A DNA stretch of 64,000 nucleotides from Octopus sinensis (Eukaryota): assembly GCF_006345805.1 (NCBI RefSeq), contig NC_043001.1, forward strand, positions 82,026,001 through 82,090,000, written 5' to 3'. The notes under the pieces are model-generated. The model had not been told where the DNA came from. It made no database searches and was given only the letters and a program-made list of their open reading frames with translations. The translations under genes and the position numbers were made by a program. The first letter of the stretch is position 1. Each line of letters begins with the position of its first letter. Of this stretch, positions 11,719 to 23,580 are shown in pieces.

Positions 11719-13227
11719 TATTTCAACTATTTTGCCATAAAGGCATTACATAGAGGGGACACTACAAAAACATGTGGAGACATATAACAATTAAAAATAA
11801 AATGATACTGTGAGTGACATGAAAATGAACGTGAGAAAATAAATTAAGTTTATGATAACATGCATGATATCTGAAAATGAAATATGAAGTATGACGAGTG
11901 TGCTACTCACCCCACTCTGAGCAACACCACTCGCTGCCTTTGAGTCTGAATTCTTCTCTAATCTCTGGTCTAGTCCTTCTTTTTCCACTCTCGCTATCGC
12001 TTAAAGACAACTTTCTTTCGCAACCTTTTTCACCGGGGGAGGGGTTTTCTGAATTCTGTGGTGTCTGCTCTTTTTTCTTTTTCTTTTTTTCTTGTGGGGA
12101 AAGGGAGTGGGTGGGTCTGGTGTCTGTATGGGGCGGGTGGGTCTGAGTAGTCTTGGGTGGGATGGAGTTGGACTGGGGTACCATTTCACACTCAGTGTTC
12201 TTTCTTTTCTTCCTCTTCTTACTTCTGCTCTCTGCTACTCTCCATTCTTCCTCCTTTCTTCCGTCTTTGTCTTCGTCCTCTTTTTTCCTCTTTGTCTCCG
12301 CAACTGGTTCATCTATTTTTCCTTCTTTTTCTTCTGTAGGGGGCAGTGTGCTCTTTTTCTTCTGTAGGGGGCAGTGTGCTCTAATGTGGCCTTTTTGGCC
12401 ACATTTAAAGCACCGCGGGGTTCTGCCCTCTACCCATACTCTCAGTATTATTTCTCCCATTGACACCGTTTCCGCCAAATTTTCCAGCTCCCTCGCCTCC
12501 GCTTGTATGATCATTTCCAGTAATTTTCCTTTGTAACTTCTTTCCTCTGTCTCTGTGGCTTGGAGGACAGTCACCTCCTCACTTCCAACGAGGACGGCTG
12601 CCGCAACCCAAGCCACCTTTATGTCAGGTGGAATTCCTTCTACCCTCACCTTAGAATTTTTTCTTCCAAGATAAGAGGGTAGAAGCACCAGTTCCTCAGC
12701 TTTTACGGTTGCACTTGCCAGCCTCCTCGCCTCCTCCTCTGTTTTAAACTGGACAACCACCGTCCCATATCCGCTTCCGTTTGTTATGTATGTTACTTCG
12801 TTCGAATGCCCCTTGAGAGCTTTTTCTATTTTTTCCATATTCATCTGCTCCACTCTCCTACTCTCCACTGAGTGCACCTTGTAGGTGATGGTTTTTCTTT
12901 CCATATTCACCATAACCGTTTTCGGGGGTAGTAACTTTACGTCACTTCCCACCTTCTGTGTCATCTTATACAGCTCCTTCAGTTCAGTCAGGTCCACTTC
13001 CTTTTTCTTCACTCCCGCCGCGTCAGCAAAACTCTTTATTTTTTCCAGATGTTGGTCCATCCTGTTCACCGCCTTAACGAGCTCCTCCTCAGATGTGGAC
13101 AGCTCGTACTCGCTAAGGTCCGAATACATTATTTTCCACTCGCCAACAAACCGCTGGCGAGCAGCTCAAAGGATTCTGTCCGCCTAGTCAAAACTCGACA
13201 CAGTAAACAACTCGACGCATGCGCGTT
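11719..13227 (-). mobile_element. ORF1-only (half-LINE/HAL1-like) non-autonomous Tx1-related element, 1.5 kb
   Basis: Bounded by target copies at 11706-11718 and 13228-13239; single ORF; 3' tail homologous to that of the neighbouring LINE. Confidence 0.88.
11903..13129 (-). CDS. Intact 408-aa ORF1-like protein with CCHC zinc knuckle
   Basis: CFKCGQKGHIRAHC; colinear with the neighbouring ORF1 (GYGTVVVQF vs AYGTVDVRF, PSYLGRK vs SSYRGRR, LRVWVEGRTP vs LRVQVEGRKP). Confidence 0.88.
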   Translation of the reverse strand: MYSDLSEYELSTSEEELVKAVNRMDQHLEKIKSFADAAGVKKKEVDLTELKELYKMTQKVGSDVKLLPPKTVMVNMERKTITYKVHSVESRRVEQMNMEKIEKALKGHSNEVTYITNGSGYGTVVVQFKTEEEARRLASATVKAEELVLLPSYLGRKNSKVRVEGIPPDIKVAWVAAAVLVGSEEVTVLQATETEERSYKGKLLEMIIQAEARELENLAETVSMGEIILRVWVEGRTPRCFKCGQKGHIRAHCPLQKKKSTLPPTEEKEGKIDEPVAETKRKKEDEDKDGRKEEEWRVAESRSKKRKKRKNTECEMVPQSNSIPPKTTQTHPPHTDTRPTHSLSPQEKKKKKKEQTPQNSENPSPGEKGCERKLSLSDSESGKRRTRPEIREEFRLKGSEWCCSEWGE

Positions 13228-13275
13228 AGCAAGCTACTTACCACACAGCCACCCCTTATATATATATATATATAT

Positions 13276-13439
13276 GAGTGGCTGTGTGGTAAGTAGCTTG
13301 CTAACCAACCACATGGTTCCGGGTTCAGTCCCACTGCGTGGCATCTTGGGTAAGTGTCTTCTGCTATAGCCCCGGGCCGACCAAAGCCTTGTGAGTGGAT
13401 TTGGTAGACGGAAACTGAAAGAAGCCTGTCGTATATATG

Positions 13440-13475
<36 letters not shown>

Positions 13476-13691
13476 CGCGTGTTTGTGTGTTTGTGTTTGT
13501 CCCCCTAGCATTGCTTGACAACCGATGCTGGTGTGTTTACGTCCCCGTCACTTAGCGGTTCGGCAAAAGAGACCGATAGAATAAGTACTGGGTTTACAAA
13601 GAATAAGTCCCGGGGTCGATTTGCTCGAGTAAAGGCGGTGCTCCAGCATGGCCGCAGTCAAATGACTGAAACAAGTAAAAGAGTAAAAGAG
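13276..13691 (+). mobile_element. SINE-A, full length, head-to-head with the interrupted copy
   Basis: GAGTGGCTGTGTGGTAAGTAGCTTGCT... through ...GAAACAAGTAAAAGAGTAAAAGAG. Confidence 0.92.
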
Positions 13692-14141
13692 TATATACGC
13701 TGATACTGGATATACTGTATTTTACTGTGCCCACTTTAACATGAGAACAAACATTTACTGTTCATACTCACTGTTACTATACATCACGATGTTATTGTGC
13801 ATAGTAAGTACCACTATATATACGAGTAGCTATTATGTATAGAAAGTTTTACTGATATTGTATATGTAATATATCACTGTTTTAGGTTTACATCAGGCAT
13901 AGGCAACTTTATCGAGAAGCTGGCCGCATGAGACATGGCTCCTCATCAGGCGGATTGCACTACTGGATAATTTCAAGGAAGTTTTTTCTCAAGACCGTAG
14001 GTTTGTCATGACTGATTTAGATCCGCTCGTTTCAAAGTGGGCTGCTCTGTGACCCCTGGCGGTTTGTTGGGCTCACATCGATAAGCTCTGATCCAATTTT
14101 CTGTGAACCAAAAAGGTTATGTGTGTGTGTGTGTTGTGTGC

Positions 14142-14195
<54 letters not shown>

Positions 14196-14334
14196 TGTGT
14201 ATGTGTGTGCAACTACGTTACGCAGTTGCCATCTACTAAAATTCACAGGTGCGGTACTAGCCGGACCTGGGCTATAGTAAAAAAAATTGATCAACAAATC
14301 AGGATAGATAGATAGATAGATAGATAGATAGACA

Positions 14335-14384
<50 letters not shown>

Positions 14385-14503
14385 AAGAGAGAGCGAGAGA
14401 AGGAGAAAAAGAGATTAGGATAGATAAATAGATATATCGTTAGAAATAAATAAATAAATAAATAAAGAAAGAAAGAGATTGTTATACATACATATATATT
14501 GAT

Positions 14504-15320
14504 TTGATCCACTTTGGGAAGAAGGAAACTCTGAAATTATCATATGCTCTTCCCTTGGGCGACTCCCTGGTGTCATCCAACAATACCAGAGATATTGGAG
14601 TGATTGTTGATAACAATCTAAGCTGGAATTCCCACGTAAACAGCAAGGTTGACTTGGCCCGCAAGATGTGCTCCAGGATTCTGAGAACTTTCCGGTCTAG
14701 AGGTGCCTACACCATCATATTTCTCTGCTCTACTTTTGTCGATCCCACCTTTAGAACTGTTGCCCACTGTGGTCCCTCCATACAAAACAACTCATTATGA
14801 AAGTAGAAGCACTCCAGAGATCCATAACAAGAAAGATAGAGCGTATGAGAGGCATTGATTATTGGGATCGACTGAAAAAACTCAATCTCTATTCTCTCCA
14901 ACGCCACCGGGAGCGCTAACATCATTTGTTTTTACTTGAAAAAATTACATCAATATTGCACATATGATGTTGGCATCAATTTTAAAATCCATTCAAGACT
15001 TGACCCCCGTGCTATCCGCCCACTACAAAAATCTAACTCAGGACATATTACGCCACAACTACTTTACCTTAACCGGTCTAGCTCTCTTTAATACCATGCC
15101 AAAATACGTCAAAACGGAAACGGATCCCATGAAATTCAAAACATCCCAGACCAACCTCCTACACCCAGTTATGCCTCCAACAATAATAATAACTCTTTGT
15201 TCGAGTGGGCTATGGTGCCCCATATATGACTAAAAGACTTCGACAGGTGGTGATATTGAATTAGACAGGGCCTGGGCCTATACTGGCCGAATGGCCGAAA
15301 CCTATCAAAGTTATCAAAGT

Positions 15321-15321
<1 letters not shown>
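14504..15321 (+). pseudogene. 5'-truncated CR1-group LINE remnant (RT C-terminus and 3' tail)
   Basis: RDIGVIVDNNLSWNSHV...RILRTF, then EALQRSITRKI...YWDRLKKLNLYSLQR with frameshifts; ends in tandem (TATCAAAGT)2. Confidence 0.8.
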
Positions 15322-15397
<76 letters not shown>

Positions 15398-15512
15398 TAT
15401 AAGTGGTTTTTATGCAATATAATTTTTTCTGAAACTTCAGATTTTTCAATATGCTAGACCACTGGTTTTAAATTGATAGTAATCAAATTACTATTCAATT
15501 TTTCACCCTTAT

Positions 15513-15543
<31 letters not shown>

Positions 15544-15566
15544 CACATATATATAGAGAGATAGAT

Positions 15567-15634
<68 letters not shown>

Positions 15635-17429
15635 GGAGAGACATATGGATAGACAGAGGAAGAGAGAAAGAGAGGGAGAGGGAAAGAAAGAGAGAAAGAT
15701 AAATAGATAGATCGAGAGATAGATAGATAGAGAGTGAGAGTGATTAATATAAATAGTGAGATGGAGAGGGGAAAGAGAAGAGTAAAACTAGAGTGTGTTT
15801 GTTGAGTGTACGAGCTCGTATCATTGTAGACGAAAGACCCCGTGAGGAGAAGTTACAGTCAGGTTGGAAAGATCGTAGACATTCACCTAACCGATGCTAT
15901 CGCGAGACAAATGAAGCGAAGTGTAAAAAGTAAATAAATATGTTGGAGTAACGGGTAGGAGAATTCTAGAAACTTTCTAAGAACGCTATTGGCAGAATAA
16001 CCGGATGCAAGCAATTGTATATGAGGTGGCCGGGGTAGTGTTGTGTTTATTCTATATGTATACGTGTATACATGTGTGTGTCAGTATATATGTATATATG
16101 AGTTAAAATGTAAATATGTGTTTTACACACACATACACACACAGACAGACACACTCTCACACGTATATTCTCATGCGTAAAAGTCATCCATATCTTTTGT
16201 ACATTTTTATATGTATGTGTTCGCGTATGTAGGTATACATATGCGTGTGTGTGTGTGTGAATATACATATACATATACATACATACATAAATACATACAT
16301 ATATACATATATATATATACACACACATATATATATACATATTGTTACATATTTGCATATTTATATACATATAAATATATATACATATATACATACATAT
16401 ATACACGGTCGTATTCGCTGTTCAATATATGAATGCAAATAAAATAGTTTTTAATGGCGGCCATTGCAAAAGATCAAAGTACCCGGATGCTCGACTCATG
16501 CGAGTCTCATGCGATTGGTGAAACCTTTTTTCCCAGACAAAGATCGTTTATGTAGCAGGATCCTATTTAGTCAGAAGAAGAAAAAAAAAAGAAAGAAACG
16601 GAAGTAAATAAATACATGCCATTATCTCGTTGATATCTCACTGGTGATATCTCAAAAATCAATTATTCGCTTCATTTATAACGGAAAAGTGAGCTATACA
16701 ATAATTTCGATATGAAAACAAAATGGTGGACAACGTTACGATCGATCACCATTTTTATAATTTAAATATGAAACGAAAAATTGAAAGTGAGAAGGGAATT
16801 TAAGACTGCCAAGTCATAATTGACAGGGTCTTAAATTGATCTCACATTTCGCAAGTAATCTAAATACTGATTTCACTATATATTCACAAGAAGGTTAACA
16901 ACTGTTGGAATTACATTAACGATCATCTGTTGAAGGAATTTCAATTAAGGATCTCTTATAGGAAACAGAAAAAGCCATTAGTGTCAATATTAGCGAAGAA
17001 AATTATATCTCTTTAAAGATATGTTAGACGAAGGAAAAAATTTCGGCCTCTAGCAGATTTACTTTCGGGGTTTAAGCAAGAAATTTGCATGTTTTTTAAA
17101 TAAAATTTTATCTTAGTTTTTATTTATTTATTTGTTTATTTATTTTTACTTGTTTCAGTCATTGGACTACGGCTACGTTGGGGCAACACCTTGAACGGTC
17201 TTAGTCGAATAGATTGTCTCCAATGCTTATACGTTTTTAAGTCTGGTACTTATTCTATCGATCGTTTTCGCCGAACCGCTAAGATATAGGGCCTTAAACA
17301 AACCAAGAACGGCTATCATGTGATGATGGTGGTAGTGGTAGTAGTGGTGGGAAGGGGTGAAAAAAACAAACCACACACGCAGACGCACGCACTTATATTC
17401 ATGTCCATGCATGATAGACAAAGTATTCG

Positions 17430-17920
17430 CCTTTATTTTTTTCAAAAAGTATTCGATTTTATTTTTTTCTGCCAAAATTAATACAGCTTGGGTAAAATCC
17501 TTTGAATGGAAGGCAACACCACCCTTCCTGCGCGTAGGTGAACATTTTAGCGCCGGTAAGCCGCGCCAATGCCTGGCTGTTACGCCTAGAGTAAATATGT
17601 GTAGTGCGCACACTTATGATTTTCGTTTTCCCGCAAGATGACCGAACGCGTTGAGAAGAAATATTGCATAAACCTTTGCCAAAAGCCTGGTGATACTCAA
17701 GCTCAAGCCATCTAGAAGATTCAGCAGGTATTTTGCGATGATGTCCTGATTAAAACCCAGATTAAGGAATGGTATAACTGCTTCAAGCATGGCCGCACTT
17801 CAGTGGAGCGCGGGACACATTTAGGTAATCTACAAGCCGAAGTGAGGATCCGATTGAGAAGGTTCGGCGAATAGTCATAGAAGACAATCGTGTAACAAAC
17901 GAAGTTACTCACAAAATTGC
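17430..17920 (+). pseudogene. Mariner transposon 5' fragment (HTH region of the transposase)
   Basis: ATG at 17638: MTERVEKKYCINLCQKPGDTQAQAI*KIQQVF...TQIKEWYNCFKHGRTSVE; TIR-like TTCAAAAAGTATTCGA near 17440. Confidence 0.8.
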
Positions 17921-18555
17921 AATACACATATATATAAACACACACGCATTCAGATATATATGTGTATATATCTGTGTGTGTGTGTGTGTGTGTGTTTGTA
18001 TCAGTGTTTGTCCTACACCATCGCCTGACCACAGGTGTTGGTGTGTTTATGTTCCCGTAACTTAATGGTTCAGCAAAAATGACCGATAGAGTAAGTACTA
18101 GGCTTAAAAACGAAGCCTTGGTGTCGATTTGTGCGACTAAAACCCTTCAAGGCTGTACCCCAGCATGGCCGCAGTCAAATGACTGAAATATGGGAAAGAT
18201 AAAAGATGCATATAACTGTCACTCAAACTGCTAGAAATAGCATTTAAATATCATTAATCGTACATTTACCGTCCTCGTAACTATACAAGACAAAGGACAA
18301 TGTAACTCCAGATATATGCAAAGAAAAAAGTCTGATCATAGTTGTAACGGTTTTTCAGTATAAGTCTATAAACTGGATCCTACTATACATATATACAAGG
18401 GTTTCTGCCGCCCTTTAGGACGGACTAGAAAATGTATTCTCAAGATAACCCTCTAACGACATGCTAGTTATGACTGGAGCGTCGTTGATTCTAGGTTTAC
18501 TCACCCAGAGTTGACCGGTTGTCTAAACAACAATACCAGCAACAACAACGAGAGT

Positions 18556-18748
18556 GGAGGCGCAATGGTCCAGTGGTTAGAGCAGCGGACTCGCGGTCGT
18601 AAGAACGCGGTTTCGATTCCAAGACCGGGAATTGTGAGTGTTTATTGAACAAAAACACCTAAGCTCCTCGAGGCTCTGGCGGGGCGAGGTGGTGAACCCC
18701 GCTGTACTCTTTCACCACAACTTTCTTTCACTCTTTCTTCCTACTTCT
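18556..18748 (+). mobile_element. SINE-C 5' half with tRNA(Arg-TCG)-like head
   Basis: A-box TGGTCCAGTGG, GGAC-TCG-CGGTC arm, B-box GTTTCGATTCC; the following body segment matches the reverse complement of about 60410-60447. Confidence 0.7.
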
Positions 18749-19639
18749 GCCACAAAGCAGAGGAACCGTGGTGTAACCCACTGTGGTGTAGTAAACTTTC
18801 AGACCTTAGTCTAGATTGCGAATCCTCTGTACCCCAGGATGGTTCATCTCTCCGCACCCGTTAAAAGCTACCGTTTACGGAATGATGATAACAACGTAGC
18901 TTTCGCGCCCATGCAACCGCCAGTCTATCGCGTGTGGTGGGTCGATCTTCAAGTTGCCACACGCATTCTCAGTAGCTTAGAGTAGGCTCGAATTAGAGAT
19001 TATTCTTTGTGGCTAATGGCGTGAGTCCTGAATGGAAGAAGAAGAAGAAGAAGAAGAAGAAGAAGACAGTAACGAGAATCGCATGACGGCGAAAACGATT
19101 CAGGCGATATTTGAGCCATCGCCTGCCGACTTTAAATAAAAATCAACAACTTGAGTTTATTTATTTATTTGTTATTTGTTTCAAAACTTTGTTTATTTCT
19201 CATGAGATCCGCTGTGAAGATGTCAGGTTCTTCTCAAAAGATTGAATAACCGTCTTCATAGTCACGGTGACTCCATGCAGAAATAGTTCCACTTAGCACA
19301 CGCACAACAGACACGAACATACATACAGAAAACGTATACACTCAAACAGACAGACAGAGAGATAGACGGACATATGCACGCACGCGCACACACACGCACA
19401 CACACACACACAACACACACACACACACACACACACACAATGTGTTATGATCCAATAAAATACGAGCAAAACGAAGCCACTTGGTCTAGCCATTATATGT
19501 ATACATACATACGTACGTACTTACATATATACATATATACATGCATACATACGTTTATATTTATTATATAGTTATGTGTATTTATATATGTAGTATACAC
19601 ACACAAGCACGCACAGACACACAAACGCATATTATATGC

Positions 19640-19681
<42 letters not shown>

Positions 19682-19699
19682 GTGTGTGTGTGTGCTCAT

Positions 19700-19990
<291 letters not shown>

Positions 19991-20101
19991 ATTATGTAGG
20001 TATGTCTTATGTTTCCAAGTAATATATTATCAGCGTATTATTGCACAAACTGTGACTGACTTGTCCTTGAAGATATACGACTTGCGAGATTATTATTACC
20101 T

Positions 20102-20142
<41 letters not shown>

Positions 20143-20672
20143 ATATATATATATATATATACATATACAGGTCGCCATACAACCGACGTCTATTATATCT
20201 TCCGCCATGTTTGTTTGACATCTGTTACCGTTGTCTCCGCCGTCTTTCTTGTAAGCCAATACATCAGACGGAGACAGGCTGGATCAACAACTATGTGTTA
20301 AGAGGTGACAGATATAGCACCAGTTGAGCAAACACCGAAAACTTATGATGACGTTATCTCATATTGTAAAAGTTACGGCTGCCTGCTTTTCACGTACAAA
20401 ATTTTAATATCGACTTTCAAATTATAAAGCTCGTGTTTCAATTTCGAATAGACATGATGATGGTGATGATGATGATAACAACAACACAACAACAACAACA
20501 ACAATAATAATAATAAATCCAATTGTGTCATTTTCTTTTTTTTAAAGTCTGGAAAATGTCAATGTTGATGTCAGCTACCTCTCAAGAGGTGAAAGTACAT
20601 TTTATTAACGCAACTTATTATTCTGTTATAACTTCTTCTTCTTCTCTTCTTCTTCTTCTTCTTCTTCTTCTT

Positions 20673-20729
<57 letters not shown>

Positions 20730-20875
20730 ACTACTACTACTACCATAGTACGAATAATACGGATAATACTTGGTGCTTCAACTTAAGTACCTAATTCAAC
20801 TGAATCTCAATTATTTCTTATATATATAATATATATATATATATATATGTACATACATACATACATAATACATAA

Positions 20876-20909
<34 letters not shown>

Positions 20910-20962
20910 CACACATACATACATACATACATAATACATAATACATACATACATAATACATA

Positions 20963-21026
<64 letters not shown>

Positions 21027-22019
21027 ATGTATGTCTTCTTTTATGCCTTTATTTGTTTCAGTCATTTGACTGCCGCCATGCTCCGTTGACTGTGAAATAA
21101 ACAACAGATTTAAAAGACACCATGTTAGGGGAGATGACACTTTTAAATCAACGTCTTTAAAAATATTCCCTTCAAAATCTATAGAAAAATGTGTCGTAAA
21201 AATAATAAAAAAACAGCACCTTTTATTTGTTTCAGTCATCGAGATGTAGCCATACTAGGGCGCTACCTTGAAAAGCTTAGTCAAACTCAGTATTATCTTA
21301 AAGTCTGATACTTATTCTATCGCTGTCTTTTGTCGAATCGCTAAGTTGCAAGGAGTAAGCAAACCGACATTGGTTTTCTTAAGCCATGGTAGTGGGGACA
21401 AACACAGAAACAGACAGACAGACAGACACATACACACACACCTATATATGTATACTACGGGCTTCCACACAGTTTCCATCTAGCAAATTCATTCACAAAG
21501 AAATAGTCGGGGCTTTAGTAGAAAACACCCGCTCAGGGTGCCGCGCTATGGGGCTGAACAGGAAATCACGTAGATGCAAAGCAAACTTCTTAATCACACA
21601 GTTATCTTTAATTGCACGTCAAAAAAAAAAAAGTTGTTTCTTGTTGAGGAGGAGAATGGGCATACAATTGTCTCTTATCAAACATTTGAAGATCTCCTTA
21701 TTAGCGAAATGGCATTGGATAATGGTAAAAAAAAATTAGGTGAAAATAAACTTATGTGCATGGATTGACAAGAACGTCTTTGATTCGGTTCTGTACAACT
21801 GGTTCTTTAAAAAGAGGATGGAAATCCGTACATTTAATGGCACATTAAGGAACATAGTAATAACACGAAAGAAATGAGAAGCGCTCCTTACGCTTTGTTA
21901 CAGAGTCACGTTTGTAAGCTCTGTAGCACGAAGCTCTGTAGTACGCACGTATGCGCTAAGTGTGAAATCTGAAATCGCCTTTCATGGGAAATATGACTAT
22001 AGAGTATTAATTCTTTTGA

Positions 22020-22230
22020 ATTTTTGACACAAGGCTAACAGTTTGTGGAGCGGAGATAAGCTGATTACATCGACCCCATCGCTCAGCTGGTACTTAGTTT
22101 AGCGAATTCGAAAGGATGAAACGTAGTGTCGATCTCGGCAGAATTTGAACTCAGAACCGAAAGAGACGGAAGAAAAGACACTAACCATTGTGTCCGATGC
22201 ACTTACGATTCAACCAGCTCGCTACCTTTA
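22020..22230 (-). mobile_element. Degraded SINE-B copy (tail type 1)
   Basis: GATTACATCGACCCC...CTGGTACTT...GAAAGGATGAA...GAATTTGAACTCAGAAC, homologous to 44837-45070. Confidence 0.75.
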
Positions 22231-23299
22231 CTATAGTGTATTAATATCTGACACAGTAATTCTGAATGGCTGTAGTGCCATAATGTTCTACAGAAACGAA
22301 CTGAAAAGCCATGAAATTGCACCGAGTTAATGAAACAATTACATTATGACAGGTACAAATGTGTTGATTATCTCATTTATAATTGGTGCAAACAGAACGA
22401 TACTTTTGTTAAGATATCAATAAGGGTTTTCTGATAAAGAGAGATTGATATTTAATTACTTTGAGCACGCAAAACAGCGAGATTCAAAACAGTGTTGTGT
22501 ATATCCATTCATAACACATTCCGGTAGACTCGAATGTGAACACAGCTTTTCGATATTCGAGTCTTCTGTAACGTGTTAAGAATGGATGGATACACACATC
22601 GTAGTTTTGATTTTCGCTCTCTAGCGTGTTCATGATAATTCAATTACAGCGAGGTTGGCCTTCGCATACATCATTAAATGTTTCATTTATTGATTTCTAC
22701 ACAAAGAAACAGTTGTTTCCGTCTACCTTCAAAAAGACATTTATCTTTTTATCTTTTACTTGTTTCGGTCATTAGACTGCGGTACGGCCATCCTAGTGTA
22801 CCATTTGAAGTATTTAGACGAACAAATCAATTCCAGTACTTATCTACAAATCTGGGTTTTATTCTACTCGATTCTAAGTTACGGGGATGTAAACAAACCA
22901 GCACCAGTCTAATCACACTCGCGCACGCACGCGCATGCATCCACAGACCCACACACACGCACGCACACAAAGACAAATATCTGAACATATATGCATATAC
23001 GACGGGCTTCTTTCAGTTTCTATCTACCAAATCCACCCAGAAAGCTTTAGTCGGCCCGGGGATATAGTAGAAGACATATGCCTAGGTATTGCGTATGGAC
23101 CGAGAAGGCACACCCATGCCGAAACACCGGTGTCTAATAGTCAGGGGACTATTAGACTATCACTTGAAAGGAGTGTGTTGCTTATGCGCATTGTCTATAC
23201 AGAGGAAGTAACCTCCGAGACGATATCCAACAGTCAAAAGCTACGTTCACATAAGACTGTCCGAACGTGTTTAGAAAACTGGCATTTTGTCGGACAAAG

Positions 23300-23580
23300 G
23301 TTTCAGTTGATCTGATCAACGGAACAGCCTGCTCGAGAAATTAATGTGCAAGTGGATGAGCACTCCGTAGACACGTGTACCTTGAACGTAGTTCTCAGGG
23401 AGATTCAGCGTGATACGGAACGTGACAAGGCTGACCCTAAGAATTACTGGTACAAACTCATTTTTGCCAGCTGAGTGGACTGGAGCAATGTGAAATAAAG
23501 CGTCTTGCTCAAGAACACAGCGTGCTGCAGTGAATCGATTAGAAGCTGAATACCCCTAGCCACTAAGCCATTCTCCTTCA
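23300..23580 (-). mobile_element. SINE-D (tRNA head + CORE-like TCTTGAGCAAGAC...GCTCCAGTCCACTCAGCTGG module)
   Basis: Head TGGCTTAGTGG on the minus strand; related copies at 35640-35772 and 40090-40325. Confidence 0.7.

Noticed and set aside
18556-18630. Bona fide tRNA genes (here and at 33693-33760)
   Set aside because: Acceptor stems do not close, there is no T-run terminator, and both continue into SINE bodies; treated as tRNA-derived heads
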